Below, in pieces: positions 1 through 11,300 of a DNA stretch of 64,000 nt. Positions within the stretch are counted from its first letter, which is position 1, and each line of letters opens with the position of its first letter. Position numbers and translations under genes: made by a program. This DNA is from Lingula anatina (taxonomy: Eukaryota; Animalia; Brachiopoda), in contig CM120640.1 of the NCBI GenBank assembly GCA_051362555.1, forward strand, positions 70,534,788-70,598,787, written 5' to 3'. A model generated the notes under the pieces. It did no database searches. It was not told the origin of the DNA and saw nothing but the letters and a program-made list of their open reading frames with translations.

Positions 1-3000
1 ACCAAGGTATGTAATCTCCTGGCCTGTCCATCACTCACTAAGATAACCATCTCAAAGGGTGCAGTCCACTCTTGACCAATAAAACATAAATGATAACAAA
101 TAAGTACCAGGTAGTTAACTGTGACTGGCCTTCAGTACAGGGCCGTCTCACCCATATCTTATACATTCCATCAGGGCGGAGATCTGCTTTAACCTGTACG
201 TTACAACTAGACGACCGAGTTCAAAATCACGGGTTTGCAGGCCGAGTGCCCGAAGGTCAACTTAACTGACCAGCTGGCTGCCCCGCATTGTTGAACCTGG
301 ATTGATCACTGAAAAATAGTTTTTTAAATATCAGGTTATGGTTACAGGGACCATGTGCCCCTAACACTAAATGTTGTAAATACTGAAAAGGTTAGCATAA
401 AGTACAATCACGTCGTTTCAACATAGAAATTGAATGTGATCATAAATATGCAGCAAAAGTTTCTGAGCTTCATAAATAAAATCTCATAAGCCTGGTCAAT
501 AATTCTACTTCCTGATTCTAGCTCCAGTGCCCCCCCCCCCCCCTCCCCCTTACTATAACTCCACACCTACAGGAAGTGTCATAATACAACAACTATACCA
601 GCATTACACCTAGTACTCACTGTGGGAGCGTGTAGGTGTAAACCAGTACTAAACGTATCAAATTCTCGAATTCCAAGCTTCAATTTTAGCAAACTGGTTT
701 TTTTAAAAAAAAGGCAAAACCTAGACAATATTGTTGAAAAAATGTCAGTGGTGTCTATTACTATACAAAAGATATTATGTCTGCATAACAGGCAAGACCT
801 TCTTTTTCATATGCAGATATCTGTTTGAGGTTCGCTGTGAGAGGCAAGAGTCTGACTAGTGACGTCACCAAGGCCCTTTGCTGTTACAAGCCACTTATTG
901 GACACTAGTGCCCCTGACAGTTTGAACTAAAATGCAGGTATGATTTCCTGGGACAGCCCTATATTCCGAAAACTAAAGAAGCCTCTATCAGTCGAATTCA
1001 ATTCTAAAGGCCTGCTATTCCAAAGGTATGAGGGTCTGCCATTCAGAAGGTCCTCTATTCCAAAATAGTTTATTGATGCTATGGCTTAAACTAATTTTGT
1101 AAGTTGTATCAGGGCACTGACCTCCATGTCAAAGAATTATCCATGTAAAATTTGCTATCTTTGTGTACCTTCTGATTAGTGGACGTTTGGAATAGCAGAC
1201 CATCGAAATAAGGAAGCGCAGACATTGATTTCAGAGACGAAACATAGGATGCCCCCCTTTTTTTCCATAATAGCCAAGTAAAGCAGAAAACAGTTGGCAG
1301 TGGCCTGGATTACAGAGGAAATACACTGGGGGAGAGGAGGGGATAGTAACAAGCACCTGCTTCCTAATGTTAGGTCTTTAACCTTGTTTGATAAAAAATA
1401 TCTATGCAGAAGCCTGGAATCTGCTCTCAGATTTCCTTGGTTTTCAGGCCCTGATCAGATGGTGGGGAGCGCCAGTACTGCTACCTGACCAGGTAAGTAG
1501 CCAAGATGCCTTAACCTACCATCATCATTAGCCACATTATCTGCCACTGAAGTATTCCCCAGAGTGGGAAGAATGCTCTCCTCTTTCATCAATATCTTCA
1601 CCATCTGAGAGACTTACTACATCTACTTGCTTGCAGGGTGCACTGGGAACTACAACATCCTCACTACTAGAACATGCTACACACTAGAGTCTAACGCCAC
1701 CCTATCCAATATGATAAAACTTTGGTATAAGGAACATCTCCACTCCTTTTGATTTCAGAGTTTAGCCCTATTTAAACACCTTCATAAAACAGGACTTTGA
1801 AAATATTTGGGTAAAACTAACAATATACTCAACCATAAGTCAACATTGAGGTTACAAGTCTGCTGCTAAGATCAAACAAAGACAGTATTCTATTACTGAG
1901 GAGCTGAGATCAATACAGGACTTTTTGATCTTTGCCAGTCCTGATAATGCCAGTAGAGCAGTATATGTCACAGACAGACATGTTTGCCACTACATGCTAA
2001 ATACTCATGAATTTATCTATTTTCCATTTTGTCTGAGATGTTGCACAGCAATATAAAAACACTTAGATGGCAAAAATAGAAAAACACATCTGACTGTAAC
2101 CCTTTCCCTCAGCTTTTTAAGTGCTTCAACTGAAATATTCTATTTTTTAAACAAATGTAGTCTTCTGACAACATTTTATAAAGATTTCATGATTTAAATA
2201 ATGTAAAACAAAATCATAAATGATATCTTAATCTAATTTTTTTTATGATCCACTGAAACACGGTTATAATAAAATACAAAAAAATAAATTTTAAAAAAAA
2301 ATCATAAAAAGATGCCCTCATTTATTTTGAAATCTCCACCATAATGCTGGTCACTTGTATTAGGCCACCTTCAAGCTGTTTCCAGATACAAGCATATAAT
2401 TATAAGTGTTTGAGAACAGCTAACCAGCGTAAAGTAACTTTTCCGCCATATTGCTTAACATACATAATGCATATTGTTTTACAAGCTGTTATTATCTTAC
2501 ACCTTGGTAAGCTTTAGATCAGCTTTGCGTTTCAAATTTCACAGGCATTCAAGTCTGGAAATCAGCCATGAAGAGAAAGCATCCAAATATTACTACCGCC
2601 TCTATGCCATATAACTAGAAATTGACCAATAAAGCATTGGGCTACATTAATTATTGTCAGACGGCTTTGCCTGAGATTTCCCATCAGTTAAGTACCAATA
2701 TCAAAGCCTGCTTGTTACCATCTACACATTCCTTAGGTTGGTATGTCAGACACTGGTAAAGAGGCACTGGCACACTTGGTCATCTGTCTTAGAACTGGGG
2801 CAACGTCTTTATTCTTACCCTCTCGTCTTTAACAAAAAAAAAAAAAAAAAAAAAATTGGTGCTGGGGGGGGGGGTTTGAAATATATTATATGAAAATATT
2901 CACTTTATTTCACTTCATCATAATGTTGGTGAATTATATACTTATATAAAAGCAGAAATAAGCTGATGGGCAATGGCTTGGGGGGGGAGATATTAAGATA

Positions 3001-4173
3001 TTCTGGTCACATTTTCCCCTGCCCATCTTGTGGTTACGGTTGGAGATGTTCGAGGCATGAAGGCAAGATAAGAACCCAGGTGAATCCGTGCAGAAAAGAA
3101 GACAATCAGCCTAGTGTGAGAACTCCACATTGAACTTGGAATCTTAATAGAAAAGTCATTCCAACTGTCTCGTTACTCTCGTTCTTGTACTAAATTTTGG
3201 TTACTACAGACACATCAATAGCATATTTGACTTCAGTAATAGATAATTTTAATGGCTACTTCTGGTGCAAAGAGGGGTCAAATATACCGCACATACCTTT
3301 AAATCTATAACAAATGAAGTCAGATAGAGAGAAAGAGTTCTTTGATAAGATGAAAAGTTATCAACCATAAGTTTCAAGTTAAAAGACATTATTTTAATGC
3401 AACATATTCTATCTTGCACTCGCAGGGTGATGATGTGTAAACTATTTTTTACAAAACAATTATGTAATATTTTATGCTGTCAATTCCCTTTGTCCTTGTC
3501 CACACGCATTGGCATGACTGACCTACAACAACCGGACAGCAATGCTTGATAACCCTCAACTTACAAATTACATCTCTTTCATGAAACTACTTTGACAATG
3601 GGATTGTGCTTTATTAATTTAAAAATGTGTTCACTAACACTGTTTGTTCCTCTTTTCTATTCTACTGTAACCAACAACTGTAGGATTGTGCACACTGGCA
3701 TTTGTACGGAAGGCCACACACAGAATTAGAAGTAGCATAGATAATCAACAGTGTGAAAATGTTACATTAAAAGCTGAATACACAATAATTATTATTATTA
3801 TCAGTGTTCTCAATAATTTTTTTAAAATCCGAGTCCATGGGACTCACATGTTTGACAAAATGTGAGTCCCATGTAAATTTTCCGAGTCCTTCTCTTGAAG
3901 AAGAAAAAAAAAATAAGTACCATTTAGAATTGCACAAATGTGTTTATTGAAATACATGTAACAGGTCAAAATTATGTAAAAATATAGCAAAATAAAAATA
4001 TAACATCTTACAAAACATCTTTTTAAAAATAAAATTCTGCAGACTCATTGTACCAGGACTAGTCTACTAGAGAACGAAACTCATTAAGTTTCTGTCAAAT
4101 AAAACCAGTACTTTTCTGTTTTAGAAATATTGACTTTAAAACTACTTTGAATGCTTCCAAGATCATTTACAGT

Positions 4174-4409
4174 ACGGTAATGACTCGATCTTTTCAATGG
4201 GGAAAAATTACAAATTTTTCAACGATGTAAATTTTATATCATGAAAATATATTTCTGTGTAGCATTTGTGGCTCTTTTTCTGAACAGAATAGAACAAAAA
4301 GGCAGCCTGCTTTTCAGTTTTGTAGCTACCATTCAATAGTTATGTTCTGATTTTAAGAAAATGTGACTTAAAAAATACAGCATCTGTAAAATTTGCAATT
4401 TTTACCCAT
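4174..4409. mobile_element. Truncated MITE copy inside the hAT 3' UTR (same family as 46266-46520)
   Basis: Colinear similarity to 46266-46500 starting ACGGTAATGACTC..ATCTTTT.AATGGGGAAAAATTA; the right TIR is cut off just before the transposase stop codon. Confidence 0.75.
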
Positions 4410-4411
4410 AT

Positions 4412-6629
4412 TCATTGCCTTCTCTGTCGGATGGCTCGAAACTTGAGTTTAGACTGTGTGTAATCAAATTCAGAAAAATGCGGACCATTTATTGTTATCT
4501 TCATAATATTCTGCAGCTGTGCCTCACTAAGTCGGTTCCTACATTTGGACTTATTTAGGTTTTGGGCAGAAAAACCTCTTTCACATGATGCACTGTTGAG
4601 GGGGATGCACAGTGCAATTTGTGCCATTGTAGTGAAATCAGGAAAATCCTGATCGTGATTCTGAATGAGATTTTCACAATGGGATGTGAAGGTTAAATGC
4701 CTGCATAAGAATGTGTGATGCTTATATGGTACAAAGTCCTGTTGACACCTCTGAGTGTCAATAACATCAGGATGTTGATCATTGGTGTAGTGGTTGATAA
4801 GGAATTGAAGTTCATCTCCACCGTATGCTCCAAGATCTGCAGCAGCTTGTGGATATCTCTGTGGGTTGAGTAGCTTGTCCAAAGCTTTCAAACAATCCAT
4901 AGTGTCTACTGGAAATCTGTCTTCAAGGTTCTCATTCAGAGTAGTGAAGAAAGCATCTGAGAAAACACAAAAATAAAATGAGTTAGTGAACTGTTAGTCT
5001 GTTAGAATAAATGAATATATACAAATGATTTAAACCAATATCTGAGTTTGATAGACTGAAACAACTTGTCTTGAGATATTATCTGATCATTATAGTAGTA
5101 ATAAATTGTACCTTTCACTCTGGCAAAAGTAGCAACTTTGGCTTCAGTTCGGTTTACTGCTGTTTCCCTGTAGTTTCCATTGTCAGTCACCGCTCTATCC
5201 ATCTGGTTTAGTGTGAGCAGGTAATCAGGATGTTCAGAGAATGTATGTAGTGAACCTCTAACTGTCTCCAAACTTCGGTTAGCAGTGTCAAAATCCAAGC
5301 ACTCCCGTTGAAAACACTTTGATAGCCTGTATTAATAAAGTAGAATAAATTTCTTTAAACTAGCCTGCATTAATAAAGTAGAATAAATTTCTTTAAACTG
5401 GAATCAAAAGTGACAATATGTTATGAAAATTAAAAGTTAAATTGCATTATGAAAAAATATTAGTTATACCTGCTGAATAGTGGTAGTATATCTACTAAAA
5501 GGCAAGTCAAGGCCAGGAAGAGATAATCATCAACTTTGTTGAGGAGCCCTCTGGCAACAGCATTTCCATTGGCCGCTTCTTCTCCAAGACAAACAACAAG
5601 GGGTGACCAGCAGTTCAAGATGGCAACAACAGCCTGTTCCAGGGAGAGCCAGCGAACAGCCAAAGGTTGCTTCAGTGTGAGAAACTGGTCATCTTCCATC
5701 AGATCATATACAGCTCGGAGTCTGTTGTATCTTACCGCAGAATTTTGGAAGAACTGGTAGACTGCATTGACTGTTTCTTGGTAGGATTTAATTTGTTCCA
5801 CTGAAGCCGCAGCTTGACCCACTGCTAAGGCCAGTTTGTGAGCCAGACAATGAATATGTACAAGATATGGATTTCTGCCCTTTAACTGTACTCCCACACC
5901 TGTTCGCCGGCCAGTCATCACAGCAGCTCCATCACTACCCAGACCCATGACTTTAGAAGCTGAAATGTTGTATCCTTCCATCCACTGTTCAATTGCAGCC
6001 ACAATTGTATCAGCTTTCCCATCTGGGACATTCAGGTTGGCAGAGAAAGAAGTTCTGGCTTTTCCACCTACAACAGTCTGGACATAAATAATCAATTTTT
6101 TGAAAATTGCAATGTCGCAACTTTCATCCACTTGAATGCCTATGTATTTACTTTTCTCTATGGCATTTTTCATGTCATCCTCAATAGTATCTGACAGACA
6201 CTGAACCATTTCATTTACCACTCCAGCTGACGTATAGTGTCCCTTCATTGACTGAAGTAGGCAAAGGTCCGGGTAGAGATTTAGAGCCAAGTTATGAGAT
6301 ACCAAAAAGTACACAGTTTTCATCTGATGACCGAGGTTGTCATCTGTTTTTTGTTCCGCTGTGGATATAGCCCGCTGTAGAGCTGACTGGCCCTTAAGAG
6401 TAGAAGCCGCTTGCTTATGTTGTTCGGACTGCACGTGTCGAACAAGTGTAGATCTCTGGTAATCACTGCATCCCGGATCAGTTGTAAAAACGTTACTCTT
6501 CTTGGCACGTTTACAAATGGAGCAAAACATAAAGTTGTCCGTGACATAAAGCCAGTCTTTAAAACTGGGATCTTCCAGCCAGGTTTTGTTGAAAGTCCGG
6601 ATCTTTTTTTTAGCATGGGACTGCGCCAT
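4412..6629 (-). CDS. hAT transposase (ZNF862-like with N-terminal C2H2/TTF-type zinc finger), 3 exons, 639 aa
   Basis: Exons 6629-5470, 5326-5112, 4956-4412 join in frame through GT-AG introns (1920 nt). Motifs: FNKTWL..FKDWL..MFCSIC..H..SEQH zinc finger; QVDESCD (D), GSDGAAVM (D), IHCLAH (CxxH), VRW, LSKCFQ, SASCERGFS (E) and the C-terminal dimerisation region. AATAAA on the minus strand at 3948-3943. Confidence 0.92.
5323..5398. repeat. 38-bp tandem duplication spanning the transposase intron-1 splice acceptor
   Basis: TAGCCTGTATTAATAAAGTAGAATAAATTTCTTTAAAC (5323-5360) followed by the same sequence with one mismatch (5361-5398). Confidence 0.9.
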
Positions 6630-7083
6630 TTTGAGACATTACAACCACCTGCATTCGGCACACCTCGGTCTTTTTCGTCAGGGATAACCTCGGCCGTAAT
6701 GAGCGCCATTTTGCGTATTGCGTCATTCGGTAGATGGCGCACTAAGTGACGTGACAGGCCCAGCAAACTGCCAAACACGGTGTGTTTTTGTACATTTATA
6801 CGCTAGTTTCACCAATCACATCACTCATTCTGTATAATTTCCGTGGTCACTAAGATAATCATCCCTTTCAGTTGTTTTTTTTATCTCTCCCACTAATCAC
6901 CCGCCTAAACAGGACCGCATTTTTTTTCGTCCCTGGGACGAAAGGGTGTTGATTATTTTACGTCCTTTTTAATTTCATTGCGTTTTTTACATATTGGGAC
7001 GCCGTAAATGAGAACACTGATTATTATTATTTCAAAATCACATTTTGTGTTCAACTAAAATGCAAAATCTAAAAGGGTGATAT

Positions 7084-8399
7084 CAGTGTATGAAATTCAA
7101 GGAAATTACTAGCCAGACCGCCGGGCAAGGGGGGGGGGGGGGGGGGGGGGGGGAATCAATTCAGTTTATGTTCACCTTGCAGGCTGTCTCATTTCTTCTT
7201 CAATAATTCATTTATAACTATTATTCCGATTTCATGATATCATTTGATCATAATTTTTGCTTTTCTGTGTAGCAACAAGTATGACCAAATATATATATTG
7301 TTGTCAAATAAATCGGTCTCTGTGCTGACAATAAAGAAGAAAGAATTCAGCATGAGGGTCCCTTTGAATATCGATTTTAAGCTTCAAAAAGCGGTCGGGA
7401 ACGGTCCTGCTGCACGCTAATCGCCCATAGACAGTCCTGCAGGGCCCCGTATCTCGAAAGCATTGCTTATTGAGAATAGCTATACATATATATCACATAG
7501 AGGCTACAATATATTATATGGGGCGAGTATGGGCGAGTTATTGGATCGAGATGCTTGCGCTCGGTCGCAATGCGTGATACTTTCGAGTTACGGTTTTACA
7601 AAAAATGTTGCCGCTCGACTAATTGCAAATTGAAGTCACCTTAATTTCCATGGGCCCCAATTTGTTCTCTTTCGTTTGGTTCTGTCGTAATCTTTGTTAT
7701 TTTTATTTCTTTCCTCAATTGTTTTTCTTTTGTGAACTTCTCTATCGGACTTGATAGATTTTTTTTCATTTTTGACAGCCCAGGATGAAAGCACGTGGGA
7801 AAAAAACTACATCTGACACACGGCGTAAACTCGTATGTTCACTCATAATTTTTGGATTCAAATTTTTGTAAAATTCTCCTTTAATTTGCCTTCGTTGCCT
7901 TTATTACGGTTGATTATAAGCACATCATGTACCTATAAGTCTACTTAATCAATATCGTAACTTTTTATACTTTCACATTTTTATTACTCTCAACCTACAA
8001 ATTGCTACTCGCGGTATCTCCTCTACACAAAACAATGACGTAACGTTATCTGCTGTGCACTGAAGCTGGTTAAGAACAATGTGCCTCGTTTCAAATTGTC
8101 TTTCAACTTCATATCACACAGACTGAACTTCGAAAACGAGGCCACTGAGAGGGAGACTATTGGTTACATTTCTATACGAGCGTTCGATTGCAAGCTATGG
8201 TTAGTTCTTTGCTTCTGTGAAAGTGGGTGAAAACAGTGAGTTTATTTTGCTGAAATCGCTTGTGAACATAGACAAAATAAAAGGTGAAAATAGGCTGTAA
8301 ATTAGCCAGCCCGTCGGGCGGGTAATTTGCAAATCTTACCCGCCCGGCCTGAAAGTTACCAGCCTCGGGCTGGCGGGCAGGCGGCCATTTCATACACTG
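7084..8399. mobile_element. Non-autonomous TIR DNA transposon (1316 bp), hAT-like ends
   Basis: Perfect 13-bp TIRs CAGTGTATGAAAT / ATTTCATACACTG; direct flanks GTGATAT (7077-7083, 8400-8406); GC-rich subterminal GCCCG/CGGGC repeats; CpG-rich interior; no transposase ORF. Confidence 0.85.
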
Positions 8400-11300
8400 G
8401 TGATATCTGGATGTAAACACTGGGTACGGCAGTCAGAGTAAAATGTCTTCATTGGGATCATTTTCCACTTCAAAACCAAGCCAAAAGGACTTAAGTAATA
8501 GCAATCTATAAAAGCCTTTGTATTCAGTCTAAGAAACTTTCTTCCAAATAATCTTTATTCAGATAAGAAGCCAGTGTGAACAGCACTTAAATTAAACCCT
8601 TTTTAACTCCACTATAATGCAGTCTGCATATGCAGCAGCAGTCAAAATTCAAATTCCAGTTGTAGACTAAGCATAAAGCAATAAATGCCTCATTTTCTTC
8701 CAAGGATACAATACAACAATTTTGTTTCTACCTTGATCATGTGCAACGATGTCTTAAACTGTGTAGTGAAATAGAAAAATCTAACATATCATCTCATAAT
8801 AAATTTATTTTTCTTGAATCTTTATAACTGAACTTTCCTTTTTTTTCTAAAAAAAGCACAAAAGAACTGGTTAAAAGTCGTAACCTCTCTGCTAATGTCC
8901 TTGAAGATCTCCACGTGTAGAACAACACAAACACGTGTGGCACATCTATTACTAATAAAATGCCCATTATGTCTGCATCCAAATGAAATCTTCAGCAAAT
9001 AAATCAAGTAACTTCATCAACAAAATAACTGTCTGCTTGAAATTATTCGTCAACTATTCAAGTCACCTAGCGAAAATATCTCATTTACATGATTATTAAA
9101 ACCACAAACCCATCCCTTACAAAAAATGTCTGCTTCATGGTTTAGAATGTCACAGCAAGAGACAAAGTACCTCCGCACTTCCTACAAAAAAGCAGAAAAA
9201 ATCTTCCCACTTCCACTTCCTCAAGCTTATACTAGTGAATTAGAGGTGTAAAGCTTTACCAAGCACATGCCAGACAGGGTAATTTTTGTCATATATGTCA
9301 TATTTATTGCACCATCACATATGCCAGCATGTGTTCTTCTGACATTTACCAAGATCCTGTCTTACTACAACAACTACAAATTCCTCCTTATTCATAATAG
9401 TCAATAATATTTTCTAACTTGTATCCCCAAGAAAGTTGCCCCTAAAGCTCTAATCCAATGAGACAGATTACACAAGCAGCTGAAGATTTCATTTCTTTGT
9501 GTAATGTGATTTCTCTGGTTATGTCTACAATGTGGCAAATTGCCGTGTAGGGTCTGTCAAAATTCTGAGCATTTCAGCTCTCATCCATAAAAATGCCTTC
9601 CTAAGAGAACATATAATTCACCTTTAAAAACTTTCACCATTTCAGTAAATGTGATAAATATATGTGACAAGTGGATTGAAATGAAATGAGAACACCAAAA
9701 AAATATCATAATGCAGAATCAAAAACCAATCCTGGAATTTTGACTGATGCACGTTATAAACATAATAACACAACCTAGTTTTTCTAGAGACACTGTATCC
9801 CTCCGGGTCTGTTTGTCTAAGGCATAATATTAGAGCATATTACAGGAAGACTCTTGATTCAACATCTGTTGGCAGGAAAACTGATGACTGAGAATGTGTC
9901 CAAATAAATGGCACAGCCAATATTCAGGTCACTCGGTGCTATTTAAAGGTTCACAACGAAAAAAAAAATCATAATTATTAAATTAAGTCCAAATGCCATT
10001 TTATTTTTACTATCCCCTAGTACACCTATATACTACAGACATAGCAGACCCATGTGCACCACACCTTACTACTATGGAGGTCGGTCCCCCCCCCCTCCCC
10101 CCCATGTGTTGAACAGGTGAGAGAGTAGGTGAAAGGGGATTAATATAGTGGAATCCAAGTGAGCAGCTTTAGGTAAGCCAGGTGAGGAAAACCCTCACCT
10201 GATACCTCAGCTTGTAGTGTCAAATGGCCAAGTCAGGTGTTTGTGTAGGTCTTGGTCAGTAGCCAAGGAGTGAACTTTCAAAACTCTCAAGATCTCTTTC
10301 CCCAGGTACTTATTCTGTAAACTCTGATACGTATATTAGAGACTGAACATAATTCTCCATATATCAGACCTTCATATTTCCCTCCCACACAAAATGTTTT
10401 CATGTTTCATAACACATTTGTGATACCAAGTACTTCACTCCTGCTGAGTCAGTGATTTGTGAAAAATATGATTTAATACAACATTTTATGGTGAAAACCT
10501 GGATAATATGATTCAGCATCTAGTTACACTCGGCAGGAGAAGAGTTCAACTCAATAATTAGGTGAAGATTTTTTTTTTACAAAACAAAGAAGAAAAGAAA
10601 ATAACTGATGAGAAGTAAGTTTTGGGGTAAAGGAAACAAACAGGCTAAGTTTCTTTTTACATTTGAATTTGGAATGGGTAAAATTAACATGCTGGCCTGA
10701 GAAATAAAATCAGAAAGAATTCAATCTGGCTGAATGCAATCACTGCATTCACTATCAAGCTGATACAACATGGCTGAATAAACAACAGTACTCAACCGAA
10801 ACAATGGTATGGGTAGCTATTGTGATGTGATTTATTTCTGATACTCACTAAAAATATCTCATTAAAACGGGCCCAAATGACAAAAACCTCATCACAGATT
10901 TCTGCATTCAACAAAATATGAGATGACAAACAAGGAGTTAAAATTCAAAAGTGTTTTCCCACTAGACCAATTAGCTGATAATCATTTAATAGACAGCAAT
11001 TTGTCACATAGCTATATCACATCATGCAATATTACTTAATACGTTATGTGGCTGTCTGGTGCAAGTGCACTGTCTCAGTACCCCCCCCCCCCCCAGGGGA
11101 CACAAAGACCGCCTCCTAGTCAATAGGCCTTGTTGAGATATCAAAATCAATATTGAAACATCTGATCTCCTTTTTTCCCCCCAATCTGCTAAAGTGTATA
11201 TTAATCCATGGATCAACAAGGAAGATATAGAATTCATACGAACCAAATGCATTGAAATCAATAATGTATGACCCACATGCAATATTATCACTGCCTGTCT

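Larger units (their letters stand above)
3802..7019 (-). mobile_element. Full-length autonomous hAT-superfamily DNA transposon (3218 bp)
   Basis: Perfect 11-bp TIRs CAGTGTTCTCA (3802-3812) / TGAGAACACTG (7009-7019); identical 8-bp flanks ATTATTAT (3794-3801 and 7020-7027, in an ATT microsatellite); subterminal GGGAC/GTCCC motifs at both ends; encloses a spliced transposase. Confidence 0.93.

Noticed and set aside
1-285. Possible tRNA-derived SINE on the minus strand
   Set aside because: Only vague A/B-box resemblance, no cloverleaf and no clear second copy in the window.
950-1215. Short CTATTCC(G/A)AA motifs, also near 17620-17760, perhaps a decayed MITE family
   Set aside because: No definable ends or TSD.
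1520-1604. Possible TRIT1 exon 4 (MVKILMKEESILPTLGNTSVADNVANDD, minus strand, AG/GT bounded)
   Set aside because: Weak acceptor and no recognisable TRIT1 motif; cannot be supported without cDNA.
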